Of a DNA stretch of 64,000 nt, positions 38,637 to 48,233 are shown in pieces. The stretch spans positions 8,286 through 72,285 of the forward strand of contig CAYOCH010000001.1 in the NCBI GenBank assembly GCA_964402535.1. The letters run 5' to 3'. The notes under the pieces were generated by a model. It was not told the DNA's origin. It did not search any database and was given only the letters and a program-made list of their open reading frames with translations. The position numbers and the translations under genes are program-made. This DNA is from an uncultured Candidatus Saccharibacteria bacterium (GTDB taxonomy: Bacteria; Patescibacteriota; Minisyncoccia; Phycocordibacterales; Phycocordibacteraceae). Position 1 is the stretch's first letter, and every line of letters begins with the position of its first letter.

Positions 38637-39430
38637 ATATTTACATATATAAACATTTAAACGTGACAATCTACTCTTGGAACATGCTCTACCGGAACGC
38701 TGAGCAGGATCGCGCGTTCGACTTCATTTCTCACGCCACCTTCGACATATTCTGCCTGCAGGAGGTGCCGATTGAGTTTTTGCAGAGACTCGAGACGCTG
38801 CCCTACCACGTTGCGCACCGGAGCGAGCGTCTCCTGCTCGGAGAGAAGATCCACAACTATGTCGTCATTCTCTCGAAGCATCCGATCATCGCGACCGGCG
38901 AAGTCCCGCTGCCCGAGTACAAGCACCTCTTGCCGTGGCGCACCCGCCTCTTCGTGACTCTCATGCCCGACCGCATGTTCACCTGGGTGACGAACCGCAA
39001 GAACGTCTACGCGGACATCGAGACGCCACAGGGCTCGATGCGCGTCTTCAACCTGCATCTCATCCTCGCGCGGCCGGCCTGGCGCCTGCACGAGTTCGAG
39101 CTCTCGATGGCTGAGCGCGACCCCTCTCGCCCCACGATCGTCTGCGGCGACTTCAACGTCCTCGAGTCGCCGCACATCACGCCGCTCAACTGGCTCCTCG
39201 GCGGCCCGCTCAGAGATGCCTTCCGCTACCGGCGCGAGCGCACCGTGATGGAGACGCATTTCGTCGAGCACGAACTCGTCAATGCGATTCGCGGCAGGGT
39301 CACGCATCCGTTCTCTCGGTCGCAGCTCGACCACATCCTCGTCTCCTCTTCATTATCGGTGACAGATGCGAGCGTTCTTGCAGAGCGTTACGGTTCTGAC
39401 CACGCTCCGGTGCGTGCAGAAATCGCATAG
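38621..39430 (+). CDS. Endonuclease/exonuclease/phosphatase (EEP) family protein
   Basis: FDIFCLQEV, VCGDFN and SDHAPV catalytic motifs; true start may be GTG at about 38663 (VTIYSWN). Confidence 0.7.
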   Translation: MASRLNIYIYKHLNVTIYSWNMLYRNAEQDRAFDFISHATFDIFCLQEVPIEFLQRLETLPYHVAHRSERLLLGEKIHNYVVILSKHPIIATGEVPLPEYKHLLPWRTRLFVTLMPDRMFTWVTNRKNVYADIETPQGSMRVFNLHLILARPAWRLHEFELSMAERDPSRPTIVCGDFNVLESPHITPLNWLLGGPLRDAFRYRRERTVMETHFVEHELVNAIRGRVTHPFSRSQLDHILVSSSLSVTDASVLAERYGSDHAPVRAEIA

Positions 39431-39452
39431 CGACGCTTGACCATATATAGGT

Positions 39453-41864
39453 GTGCGCGTTATGAGTGAGGGGGTGAGCTCCAAACTACTCATCGTCGAA
39501 TCACCGACCAAGGCGCGCACGATCGGTCACTACCTGGGCAAGGACTACACGGTCCTCGCTTCAGTCGGCCACGTGCGCGATTTGCCCAAGACGAACAAGG
39601 ACGCCGTCGACATCGAGGGCGGCTTCGTGCCGCGCTACGTGATCCCCGCCGAGAAGCGTGAGGTGATCGAGAAGATCGAGCGCGCCGCCAAGAAGGCCGA
39701 CGAGATCTATCTCGCGACCGACCCCGACCGCGAGGGCGAGGCGATCGCGTGGCATATCAAGGAGGTCGCCGGACTGAAGCAGCCTAAGCGCGTCGCCTTT
39801 CACGAGATCACGAAGGAGGCGATCGAGGAGGCGCTCAAGGAGCCGCGCGCGATCGACGAGCACCTGCGCCAGGCGCAGGAAGCCCGCCGCGTGCTCGACC
39901 GCATCGTGGGCTACGACCTCTCCGGCCTCATCTGGAAGAAGGTGCGCTACGGCCTCTCTGCCGGACGCGTGCAGTCACCTGCGCTCCGGATCCTCGCGGA
40001 GCGCGAACGCGAGATCACTTCGTTCATCCCGGTCACGTACTTCGTGCTCTCTGCGCTCTTCACCTCGAAGAAGGGTGAGATCGCCACGACCTGCACCGAG
40101 CAGCCCGCGACGCGCGAGGAGGCCGAGCGGATCGTGCGCGAGGGCAAGAGCGCGTCGTGGCAGGTCGCCGACGTGAGCGAGAAGGCCGAGGAGCGCAACC
40201 CGCGTCCACCCTTCACCACCTCGACGCTGCAGCAGGCAGCCTCGACGCGGCTCGGCTTCGCACCTTCGCGCACGATGCGCGCCGCGCAGAAGCTCTACGA
40301 GGCGGGTCACATCACCTACATGCGTACCGACTCGGTGAACCTCGCGAAGGAGGCGGTCGCCAAGCTCGCCGGCGTCGTCGAGAAACAATTCGGCAAGGAG
40401 TACCTGCAGGTGCGCGCCTACAAGACGACGAGCAAGAACGCCCAGGAGGCGCACGAGGCGATCCGCCCCACCGACCCTTCAAACACGCACGCAGGCGCGA
40501 CGCCTGACGAGACGCATCTCTATGAGCTTATCCGCACGCGCACGCTCGCCTCGCAGATGGCGGCCGCCAAAGTGATGCGCACGTCGATTTCAATACAAGC
40601 AGATAAAATGATTCCGCTCTTCGTCGCGAACGGCTCGCGGGTCATCTTCCCGGGCTGGCTCGCGCTTGACGTGAAGGCGCGCGGCGAGGACGTCGAGCTG
40701 CCGCACGTCGCGAAGGGCGATGCCGTGTCGCTCCTCTCGCTTACCAGTGAAGAGAAGCAGACCGAGCCGCCGAACCGCTACACCGAGGCCGGCCTCATCA
40801 AGGAGCTCGAGAAGCGCGGCATCGGCCGCCCCTCGACCTACGCCTCGATCATGAAGACGATCCAGGATCGCGGCTATGTAGAGAAACTCGGCAGGGCGCT
40901 TAAGCCGACCGCGACCGGCATGGTCGTCTCCGGCTGGCTCGAGGAGCACTTCCCCGAGTATGTGAGCGACACGTTCACCGCCGAGATGGAGGATGAGCTC
41001 GACGAGATCGCCCGCGGAGAGCGCGGCTACACCGAGACGCTCTCGGCCTTTTATGGACCGTTCGAAAAGGCGGTGCACGCCAAGGACAAGCTGCCCAAAG
41101 CGACCTCGCTCGGCAACGTAGACGCCAAGTTCCCCTGCCCGATCTGCGGCGGCCCGATGGAGTTGAAGCTCGGCCGCGGCGGCGTCTTCATGTCCTGCAA
41201 GCGCTACCCGGACTGCGTCGGCGCCCGCACCGAGGACGGCGCTGAGCTCAAAGGTGACGAGCCGATCGGCAGCCACCCCGAGACCGGCGCACCTATATAT
41301 GTGAGGAGCGGCCGCTACGGGCCGTATGTCGAGATGCCCGAGCCCGAACCAAGGTCAGACCTTAAGAATTCGGATCCAAGGTCTGACCTTAGTTCGGGTA
41401 CGAAGAAACGCGGTAAAGGGCGACCGAAGGTCGCTGCCAAGCGCGCGAGCATCCCTGCCGGCACTAAGCCCGAGGACGTGACGCTCGCCGACGCCGTGCG
41501 CTACCTCTCGCTCCCGCGCGAGCTCGGGACGCATCCCTCGACCGGCAAGCCGGTCATCGCCTCCACCGGCCGATTCGGCCCCTACGTCGGGAGCAACGGC
41601 GAGTTCCGCTCACTGAAGAAGCAGGACCCCTACACCGTGACGCTCGACGAGGCGCTCGCGCTCCTTGCGCAGCCCAAGCGGCCGCCCAAGGGCGTCGAGA
41701 TCGTGCGCGAGATCGGCGCGCACCCAAAGTCTGGAAAGCAGCTCGTCCTCTACAAGTCGAAGCAAGGTCTCTTCCTCAAGAAGGGCTTGCGCCGCATCTA
41801 CCTGCCTTCGAATACGAGCGCCGACGCGCTCACGCCCGCAGAAGCGGCCACGTATCTCGCATAA
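39453..41864 (+). CDS. topA: DNA topoisomerase I
   Basis: TOPRIM (LLIVESPTKARTI), catalytic Tyr region, C-terminal Zn-ribbon (CPICGGPMELK...CKRYPDC) and basic tail. Confidence 0.95.
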   Translation: MRVMSEGVSSKLLIVESPTKARTIGHYLGKDYTVLASVGHVRDLPKTNKDAVDIEGGFVPRYVIPAEKREVIEKIERAAKKADEIYLATDPDREGEAIAWHIKEVAGLKQPKRVAFHEITKEAIEEALKEPRAIDEHLRQAQEARRVLDRIVGYDLSGLIWKKVRYGLSAGRVQSPALRILAEREREITSFIPVTYFVLSALFTSKKGEIATTCTEQPATREEAERIVREGKSASWQVADVSEKAEERNPRPPFTTSTLQQAASTRLGFAPSRTMRAAQKLYEAGHITYMRTDSVNLAKEAVAKLAGVVEKQFGKEYLQVRAYKTTSKNAQEAHEAIRPTDPSNTHAGATPDETHLYELIRTRTLASQMAAAKVMRTSISIQADKMIPLFVANGSRVIFPGWLALDVKARGEDVELPHVAKGDAVSLLSLTSEEKQTEPPNRYTEAGLIKELEKRGIGRPSTYASIMKTIQDRGYVEKLGRALKPTATGMVVSGWLEEHFPEYVSDTFTAEMEDELDEIARGERGYTETLSAFYGPFEKAVHAKDKLPKATSLGNVDAKFPCPICGGPMELKLGRGGVFMSCKRYPDCVGARTEDGAELKGDEPIGSHPETGAPIYVRSGRYGPYVEMPEPEPRSDLKNSDPRSDLSSGTKKRGKGRPKVAAKRASIPAGTKPEDVTLADAVRYLSLPRELGTHPSTGKPVIASTGRFGPYVGSNGEFRSLKKQDPYTVTLDEALALLAQPKRPPKGVEIVREIGAHPKSGKQLVLYKSKQGLFLKKGLRRIYLPSNTSADALTPAEAATYLA

Positions 41865-41899
41865 GACAAAAATAAATGTGCGGGTGTATAGTACCCGCA

Positions 41900-43492
41900 A
41901 TGACGACCGTCAAGGAGATCATCGCCGCGATGGCGGCGCCGTCGCCAGAGGACGTCGCCTTCGTCGAGAAGGCGTACGACTACGCCAAGAAGGCGCATGA
42001 GGGCCAGACCCGCTACTCGGGCGATCCGTATTTCATTCACCCGGCCGCCACCGCCAAGATTCTCGCCGAGTACGGCATGGACGCGACGACGATCGCCGCC
42101 GGCCTCCTGCACGACGCCGTCGAGGACGGCCGCGTCTCGCGGGAGGAGATCGAGAAAGAGTTCGGCAAGGAGCTGATGTTCATCGTCGACGGCGTGACCA
42201 AGCTCGGCACGCACAAGTACCGCGGCGCCGAGCGCCACGCAGAGTCGCTCCGGCGGCTCCTGGTCGCGACCGCGAGCGACATCCGCGTCCTGATCGTGAA
42301 GCTCGCCGACCGCAAGCACAACATGCAGACGCTCGAGTTCGTGCCCGAGCACAAGCGCCGGCGCATCGCGCTCGAGACGCTCGAGATCTATGCGCCGATC
42401 GCCGACCGGCTCGGTATGGGCAAGATGAAGAACAACCTCGAGGATCTCGCCTTCCCCTATGTCGACCCCGATGCCGCCAAGCACGCCGCCGAGGTGCGCA
42501 AGCTCGAGACGCAGGAGACCGAGGACGGTCTTGCCGCCGTGCAGAAGGAGCTCAAGAAAGAGCTCGGCAAGAAAGGGACGACCTTCCGCACTGAGATCCG
42601 GATGAAAGGCCTGTGGAGCCTGCACCAGAAGCTCTCGCGCAAGAACGATGACATCAGCCTGATCCACGACATCGCGGCGCTTCGCATCATCGTCCCCTCG
42701 ATCGAAGACTGCTACACGACGCTCGGGATCGTGCATGCGCTCTACAAGCCGCTGCCGGGCGAGTTTAAGGACTATATCGCCTTCCCGAAGCCGAACGGCT
42801 ACCAGTCGCTCCACACCACCGTCGTGACGCCGGTCGCCGGCATCGTCGAGATCCAGATCCGCACCGAGGAGATGCACAAGGTCGCGCAGTTCGGCATCGC
42901 CTCGCACATGACCTACAAGCAGCTCGGCAAGGGCGTCGAGAAGCTCGGCAAGGAGGTGCAGAAAAGCCGCTTCTCTGCGATCTCGTTCTCGTGGATCCGC
43001 TCGCTCATCCCCTCGCTCATGCGGGTGTCGAAGAGCGACGCTGGCGCGCACGGCGTCGCCAAGGTGCCGCCCTGGCTCGCCGAGCTCGCCGAGGCGCACA
43101 CCGACGTCGCTGGCTCGAAGGAGTTCGTCGAAGGGCTCAAGGAGGACTTCTTCTCGCACCGCGTGTTCGTCTTCACGCCGCAGGGCGACGTGATCGACCT
43201 GCCCTCACAATCGACGCCGATCGATTTCGCCTATGCGATCCACAGCGACCTCGGCGACCATCTGCAGGGCGCGAAGGTCAACGGCAAGCTCGTCTCCTTT
43301 GATACGCAGCTCGGCAACGGCGAGGTCGTCGAGATCATCCGCCGCGACTCAGCGCACCCCTCGCCCAAGTGGCTCGATATCGCGCGCACCTCGCTTGCGC
43401 GCCGGCATATCCGCGCGGCACTCGGCCTGTCAGACGTGAACCCGCGCCCTGGACGCCGTCAGCGCCGATTCTGGAAGAAGCACAGCGCTTAG
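41900..43492 (+). CDS. Bifunctional (p)ppGpp synthetase/hydrolase, RelA/SpoT family
   Basis: HD domain (HPAATAKILAE...HDAVED), synthetase domain (RMKGLWSLHQK...YQSLHTTV), TGS domain. Confidence 0.9.
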   Translation: MTTVKEIIAAMAAPSPEDVAFVEKAYDYAKKAHEGQTRYSGDPYFIHPAATAKILAEYGMDATTIAAGLLHDAVEDGRVSREEIEKEFGKELMFIVDGVTKLGTHKYRGAERHAESLRRLLVATASDIRVLIVKLADRKHNMQTLEFVPEHKRRRIALETLEIYAPIADRLGMGKMKNNLEDLAFPYVDPDAAKHAAEVRKLETQETEDGLAAVQKELKKELGKKGTTFRTEIRMKGLWSLHQKLSRKNDDISLIHDIAALRIIVPSIEDCYTTLGIVHALYKPLPGEFKDYIAFPKPNGYQSLHTTVVTPVAGIVEIQIRTEEMHKVAQFGIASHMTYKQLGKGVEKLGKEVQKSRFSAISFSWIRSLIPSLMRVSKSDAGAHGVAKVPPWLAELAEAHTDVAGSKEFVEGLKEDFFSHRVFVFTPQGDVIDLPSQSTPIDFAYAIHSDLGDHLQGAKVNGKLVSFDTQLGNGEVVEIIRRDSAHPSPKWLDIARTSLARRHIRAALGLSDVNPRPGRRQRRFWKKHSA

Positions 43493-44448
43493 ACTGAAAA
43501 ATTGGAGACTGAGTAGAGCTCGTCGTCTTCAGACGGCTCCTCGGGCGCGGCCGCCGGGACTGGATCTGGGAGCGCAGCGTTCTCCCGCGCGGCAGCCTCC
43601 TCAGCCTTCTGCTGCGCGGCGAGTGCGTCGGCCAAGACCTGCAGATCCTCTGGAGAGAAGAAGTCGATCATGAGCCGACCGCCTTCTGCGTTCGTCTCGA
43701 TGATGACGCGCGTGCCGAGCGACTCGGTGAGCGCCTTCTCGAGCTCGAGCATCTCTGGCGTCTTGCGGTGGTGCTTGTGGACGCGCTCCTGTGCGATCGA
43801 GCGCGCGATGCGCTCGGCCTGCCGCACTGGCAGCTTCTTCAAGATGATCTCCTTGAAAAGCGTCTCGCGCTCCTCAGGCTTGTCATTGAGCGCCATCAGC
43901 GGGCGCGCATGCCCCTCGGTGATCTCCTTGTTCACGATCGCCATCTGAATGTGATCAGGCAGCGAGAGGAGACGGACAGAATTCGAGACGTACTCGCGGC
44001 TCTTACCGATCTTGGCCGCGGTCTCGGCGTGCGAGATGCCGAACTCGTCGATGAGCTTCTGCAGCGCCTTGGCGCGATCGATCGCGTTCAAGTCTTCGCG
44101 CTGGAGGTTCTCGATGATCGCGAGCTCGAGCTTGGTGAGATTGCTCTCGCCGTGGCGGATCACGACCGGGAGCTGCTTCAGCCCCGCGAGTTTCGACGCG
44201 CGCAAGCGTCGCTCGCCGGCGATAAGCTCGTAGACGCTCTCGAGACCGCCGTCCGGCTTCTCTACTTCGGTGCGGCTCACGACCAAGGGCTGCAGCACGC
44301 CGTATTGGCGGATGCTCTCGGCGAGCGAGGTCAGCCCCGCCTCGCTGAACTCCTTGCGCGGCTGGTACGGATTCGGGACGATACGGTCGGTATCGATCCA
44401 GAAGACCGAGTCGTACTTGGTCGGGATATAGCCCGCATCATCCTTCAT
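43489..44448 (-). CDS. parB: Chromosome partitioning protein ParB/Spo0J
   Basis: ParB box (LQPLVV...YELIAGERRLRASKLAG) and HTH. Confidence 0.85.
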   Translation of the reverse strand: MKDDAGYIPTKYDSVFWIDTDRIVPNPYQPRKEFSEAGLTSLAESIRQYGVLQPLVVSRTEVEKPDGGLESVYELIAGERRLRASKLAGLKQLPVVIRHGESNLTKLELAIIENLQREDLNAIDRAKALQKLIDEFGISHAETAAKIGKSREYVSNSVRLLSLPDHIQMAIVNKEITEGHARPLMALNDKPEERETLFKEIILKKLPVRQAERIARSIAQERVHKHHRKTPEMLELEKALTESLGTRVIIETNAEGGRLMIDFFSPEDLQVLADALAAQQKAEEAAARENAALPDPVPAAAPEEPSEDDELYSVSNFSV

Positions 44449-44503
44449 ACACTCATTTTAACACAATGAAATCCGCGACCGAAAATGCTAGTGTTAGCGC
44501 ATT

Positions 44504-44585
44504 GCCGGGATGGCGGAATTGGTAGACGCAACGGATTCAAAACCCGTCGACGCAAGTCATGAGAGTTCGATTCTCTCTCCCGGCA
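44504..44585 (+). tRNA. tRNA-Leu(CAA)
   Basis: Type II tRNA: 3-bp D-stem, anticodon loop TTCAAAA, long variable arm, T-loop TTCGATT. Confidence 0.7.
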
Positions 44586-45245
44586 CTAAAGTTTCCCGAC
44601 GAGATCGAGGCCTGGTTCGAGTGTGTCGTCACCCTCCTCCCACGAGGCCGGACAGACCTGCCCCTTGTGCGTCTCGACGAACTGCGCGGCCTTGAGCTTG
44701 CGCAGGGTCTCGGCGCCCTTGCGGCCGATCGAGTTGTCGTTCACCTCCATGGCGCGCAGGATGCCTGCCGGGTCGATGATGAACGTACCGCGCAGCGCAA
44801 GTCCCTCATCAGCCGTGAGCTGCGGGCCCTCGTCCTCGATCAGGACGCCGAAGGCTGATGCGATCTTGCCAGAAGGATCGGCGCCCATCGGGTACTCGAT
44901 CGCGCGGATGCCCTCGGAGGCGTCCTTCCACGCCTTGTGCGTGAAGACCGTGTCGGTCGACATCGAAATCACCTCGGCGTTGGCCGCCTGGAACTTGGGG
45001 TAGAGCTTCGCCAATTCCTCGAGCTCGGTCGGGCAGACGAACGTGAAGTCCGCCGGATAGAACGCGAGCACGACCCACTTGCCGCGCAGGGCTGAAAGCG
45101 ACATCGTCTTGATCTCGCCGCCATGGAATGCCTCGAACTCTGCATCGGGCGCCGACTGCCCCACCTTGACCTGCGCGGTGTAGTCGACGACCGGATCGTG
45201 GAACTCGCCGCAGTGCTCGCAGTAGTTGCTTTTAGTATCTTTCAT
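44586..45245 (-). CDS. Peroxiredoxin (AhpC/TSA family)
   Basis: Peroxidatic Cys in FTFVCPTE; start trimmed to MKDTKSNY; N-terminal CxxC extension. Confidence 0.85.
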   Translation of the reverse strand: MKDTKSNYCEHCGEFHDPVVDYTAQVKVGQSAPDAEFEAFHGGEIKTMSLSALRGKWVVLAFYPADFTFVCPTELEELAKLYPKFQAANAEVISMSTDTVFTHKAWKDASEGIRAIEYPMGADPSGKIASAFGVLIEDEGPQLTADEGLALRGTFIIDPAGILRAMEVNDNSIGRKGAETLRKLKAAQFVETHKGQVCPASWEEGDDTLEPGLDLVGKL

Positions 45246-45288
45246 GGGCGTGTTGATTACGTGGAGGCACATGATACCATCGCGCGTG

Positions 45289-46182
45289 ATGACAATACAA
45301 TTACTCGCCATCGCCGGCCCGACCGCCTCGGGCAAATCCTCTCGCGCCGTCGAAGAGGCGCTCACGCGCAACGGCGAGATCATCTCGGTCGACTCGCGTC
45401 AGGTCTACCGCGGGCTCGACATCGGCACCGAGAAGGTTACGGCATCTGAGATGCGCGGTGTGCCGCACCACCTGCTGGATATACGCGAGCCGGAGGAGAC
45501 ATATTCCGCTGGCGAGTTCGTCGCGGATGCGACAACGGCCATTAACGATATCGTCGCTCGCGGCAAGCTGCCGATCCTTGTGGGCGGCTCGCACTTCTAC
45601 TTCGACGCGCTCCTTCAGGGGCTGCCCGACAGCGCCGACCCTGACCCGACGCTCCGCGCAGAGCTCGAGCGGCTCTCTGACGAGGAACTCTGTGCTCGCG
45701 TGCGCGCTGCCGATCCGCGTCGCGCTGCCGAGCTCGACCCCAAGAACCGCCGCCGCTTGATCCGTGCACTCGAGATCATCACCGCCCGCGGCTCCGTCCC
45801 GGAGCGGCGTTCGTTATCTTGTACGACCGTTGAAGATAACGAACACCGGCGACCATTTCAAGCCGAGTGGATCGAGATAAATCCGGATCGGGATGAGCTG
45901 CGGGCGCGGATCGACGCTCGGCTCAAGAGCGCGTTCGAGCGCGGCCTGATCGATGAGGTGCGGCGGGTCCGCGAACGTGTGGGCGACGCGCGGATCAACG
46001 AGCTCGGGCTCGAGTATCGCGTCGTGGGAGAGTTCTTGCGCGACGAGCGCAGTGAGGCATCACTCCTCCCTGCTCTCTCCGCCAAGCTCTGGCAATATGC
46101 CCGCCGGCAGAAGGCCTGGCTGCGCAAGCTCCGCGACGAGAACGTTATTGCGGGAGCGCCGTCGCACCCGGACAGAAGCTGA
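45289..46182 (+). CDS. miaA: tRNA dimethylallyltransferase
   Basis: P-loop IAGPTASGKS, DSRQVYRGLDIGT, and typical MiaA remainder. Confidence 0.85.
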   Translation: MTIQLLAIAGPTASGKSSRAVEEALTRNGEIISVDSRQVYRGLDIGTEKVTASEMRGVPHHLLDIREPEETYSAGEFVADATTAINDIVARGKLPILVGGSHFYFDALLQGLPDSADPDPTLRAELERLSDEELCARVRAADPRRAAELDPKNRRRLIRALEIITARGSVPERRSLSCTTVEDNEHRRPFQAEWIEINPDRDELRARIDARLKSAFERGLIDEVRRVRERVGDARINELGLEYRVVGEFLRDERSEASLLPALSAKLWQYARRQKAWLRKLRDENVIAGAPSHPDRS

Positions 46183-46750
46183 AGCCGAGATTCTTGCCTG
46201 CGAATTGCTGATTCACGGGCAGCGTCACTCCCAGGTAGTAATTCAAGCCGCACATCTGCGCTTGCGAGAGCCCGAGCGTTACCTCAAGGAACTGCTCAGC
46301 ATCGAGCCGCGACTGGCCGATCGGTTCTGACGTGAGGTTGATCGTGAAGACCTGTGTCGCTACATCGTAGTACGCATTGAAATCGGCCGCCGTCCCCGCT
46401 TGGCATTTCGACTGATCCGTGAGGCAGGTACCGAGATTCCCTGCAAGGAGATAATTCCCGCTGTTGGCCTTGTCAGCGAGTGTGACGCCGTTACGTATGA
46501 AATTGCTCGTCGTCACTACCGTCCCGTCTCGCAGCGTGATGCTCATCATCTTCGCCTCCGGCGTACTGGTGCCCGAGGAAGCGCCGGTCGTGTAGGGCGT
46601 CACCGAACCGCTCGTCGGCAAGGTCGTCGTCGTGGTCGGCTGCGTATTGTTGGTGGTCGATGATTTCGGCGCGAACAAGAGATACCACGCAGCGGCTACT
46701 ACAACCGCTCCGACAATGACGATGACTACGCCGGTAAGAACCTTTTTCAT
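46145..46750 (-). CDS. Hypothetical secreted protein
   Basis: Start trimmed to MKKVLTG; TM anchor, poly-Thr linker, then globular domain. Confidence 0.4.
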   Translation of the reverse strand: MKKVLTGVVIVIVGAVVVAAAWYLLFAPKSSTTNNTQPTTTTTLPTSGSVTPYTTGASSGTSTPEAKMMSITLRDGTVVTTSNFIRNGVTLADKANSGNYLLAGNLGTCLTDQSKCQAGTAADFNAYYDVATQVFTINLTSEPIGQSRLDAEQFLEVTLGLSQAQMCGLNYYLGVTLPVNQQFAGKNLGFSFCPGATALPQ

Positions 46751-46751
46751 A

Positions 46752-47753
46752 TTAGCCGCCATTATTGATACATCCGGTCTGAACCGCATTATTCACATCC
46801 GCCTGCCAGGGGCTGAAATTGCCCGTCGCCTTTAACAGGCACGCTGCTGCTGAAGCACTGCAATTGAGATTCGCGGCCGCATCTATGCACCTTTGCGGTA
46901 TCGAACTGCCGGGAATCGGGTTGCCGCCCTTGAAACCGGCAGCGCAATTCAAGCTAGTGCCGTCCGGCAATCCTGCCGCCGCGGTGCACGCCTTATTGTC
47001 GTAACATGATCCATTCCTTTGAAGAAGCACCTGGAACGCGCCGACGGCGCTCGATCCACTGCCCCATTTGTAGTTGATGAGATTCTTCCCGCAGCTGCTC
47101 TCTGGGCGAGCGATGCACGCGAACGTGTTCGCCTCCACATTTGAGAGTGAATAGCCTCCGGCGGCTGCAGCCGCCTGTACTGCAGCAGGATCACAGGCGC
47201 TTCCGGCAGGAGCGCCCGGTAAGACACTATTCAACGTTCCGGCATTTATGCCCGCCGTGTTCTGTTCGACAGACTGACTGAGGCTGCCTTTAAGCGGGAT
47301 GCACCCTGTCTCTTGGATATTGCCCGAGGTGATGAGTGAGGACCACGTACCACCCACGGCACCCGGGTTATACAAGACCGCCATGATCGCGTCGACGATC
47401 ATCCAACCGGCGAGCGCGATGACGATGCCGGCGATCGTGTTCCAGAGCACCGACTTCGCATGTTCCCTGCCGCCCGCGTTCACCGGGTTTAGCACGAACA
47501 AGAAGCCGGCATAGGCGATCATGATCGGCGCGACGAACACGATCGCGATGGTGATAGAGAAGGCGATGATGTTGTTCGCCACCATGATGAGCATTCCCCA
47601 CCCCGCGGCGCAGGTCTCTGAGCCCAGGATGCCGCTCACCTGCTGTGGCGGGATGATCGGACCGAAGAACGGTATAGCCGCGTGCGCAGTGTACGGGATA
47701 GTGAACGAGCCGATGACGAACAGCAGCGCGATAATCGCGACATGAGAACGCAT
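46752..47753 (-). CDS. Two-TM pilin-like domain fused to Cys-rich extracellular domain
   Basis: N-terminal part shares the TM1-(GGREHAKS)-LW-TM2 architecture of the 58.9-61.5 kb paralog array; C-terminal about 200 aa has 12 Cys. Confidence 0.5.
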   Translation of the reverse strand: MRSHVAIIALLFVIGSFTIPYTAHAAIPFFGPIIPPQQVSGILGSETCAAGWGMLIMVANNIIAFSITIAIVFVAPIMIAYAGFLFVLNPVNAGGREHAKSVLWNTIAGIVIALAGWMIVDAIMAVLYNPGAVGGTWSSLITSGNIQETGCIPLKGSLSQSVEQNTAGINAGTLNSVLPGAPAGSACDPAAVQAAAAAGGYSLSNVEANTFACIARPESSCGKNLINYKWGSGSSAVGAFQVLLQRNGSCYDNKACTAAAGLPDGTSLNCAAGFKGGNPIPGSSIPQRCIDAAANLNCSASAAACLLKATGNFSPWQADVNNAVQTGCINNGG

Positions 47754-47831
47754 AGCCCTATCATACCTCCCTGCCGCCTCCCCGAAGCGGCTTTCCCCAC
47801 TGCGGCTCATCTGCTATGGTTTGTGCAGTTC

Positions 47832-47902
47832 GGGCCTATAGTTTAATGGTAGAACGTCGGTCTCCAAAACCGTCGGTCGAGGTTCGATTCCTCGTGGGCC
47901 CG
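47832..47902 (+). tRNA. tRNA-Trp(CCA)
   Basis: Acceptor GGGCCTA/TGGGCCC, anticodon loop CTCCAAA, T-loop TTCGATT. Confidence 0.75.
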
Positions 47903-47904
47903 CA

Positions 47905-47934
47905 TAAAAAAGAGTCAACCACAAGGGTTGACTC
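47905..47934 (-). terminator. Hairpin GAGTCAACC-ACAAG-GGTTGACTC followed by U6 on the minus strand
   Basis: Perfect 9-bp stem; A6 on the plus strand precedes it, so polarity is minus. Confidence 0.55.
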
Positions 47935-48195
47935 AGGACACGGGCGGCTAGAGAAGAAAGAAAGCAGAAAGAAGAGGAAGACGCCGTGTGGGGGGGTGGG
48001 ACAAGCATAGGCGAGTCCCGAAGGTACAGAGAGGAGAAGAGCGGTGGAAGAAGGATGAAAGAAGTGAAGGTGAATGGGTTTGGGTGAGGAGGAGAGAAAT
48101 TAGTAGCAAAAACGGCTACGCAATCTCTCGCTCCCTGCCAAACCGTCGACACCATTTCAAACTCCTTCCACCTATATATACGGCCGCCGAGGCCG

Positions 48196-48233
48196 AAAAG
48201 TTTCAAAGCAACAGCCCCGCATTTGCGGGGCTG
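48196..48233 (-). terminator. Intrinsic terminator after rpmG (CAGCCCCGC-AAAU-GCGGGGCUG plus U-rich tail)
   Basis: 9-bp GC stem followed by UUGCUUUGAAACUUUU on the minus strand. Confidence 0.65.

Noticed and set aside
41364-41377. EcoRI-BamHI-AflII hexamer cluster as cloning-vector or polylinker contamination
   Set aside because: It is embedded in a continuous, in-frame topA ORF with genomic-looking inverted-repeat flanks and no vector backbone sequence on either side. Flagged as a palindromic element rather than contamination, but read-level validation is advised.
44510-44695. 61-aa ORF overlapping tRNA-Leu(CAA), and 130-aa ORF 47814-48206 overlapping tRNA-Trp and the polypurine tract
   Set aside because: Both coincide with tRNA genes or low-complexity sequence. 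The translations are compositional, for example PPHPNPFTFTSF from the pyrimidine tract.
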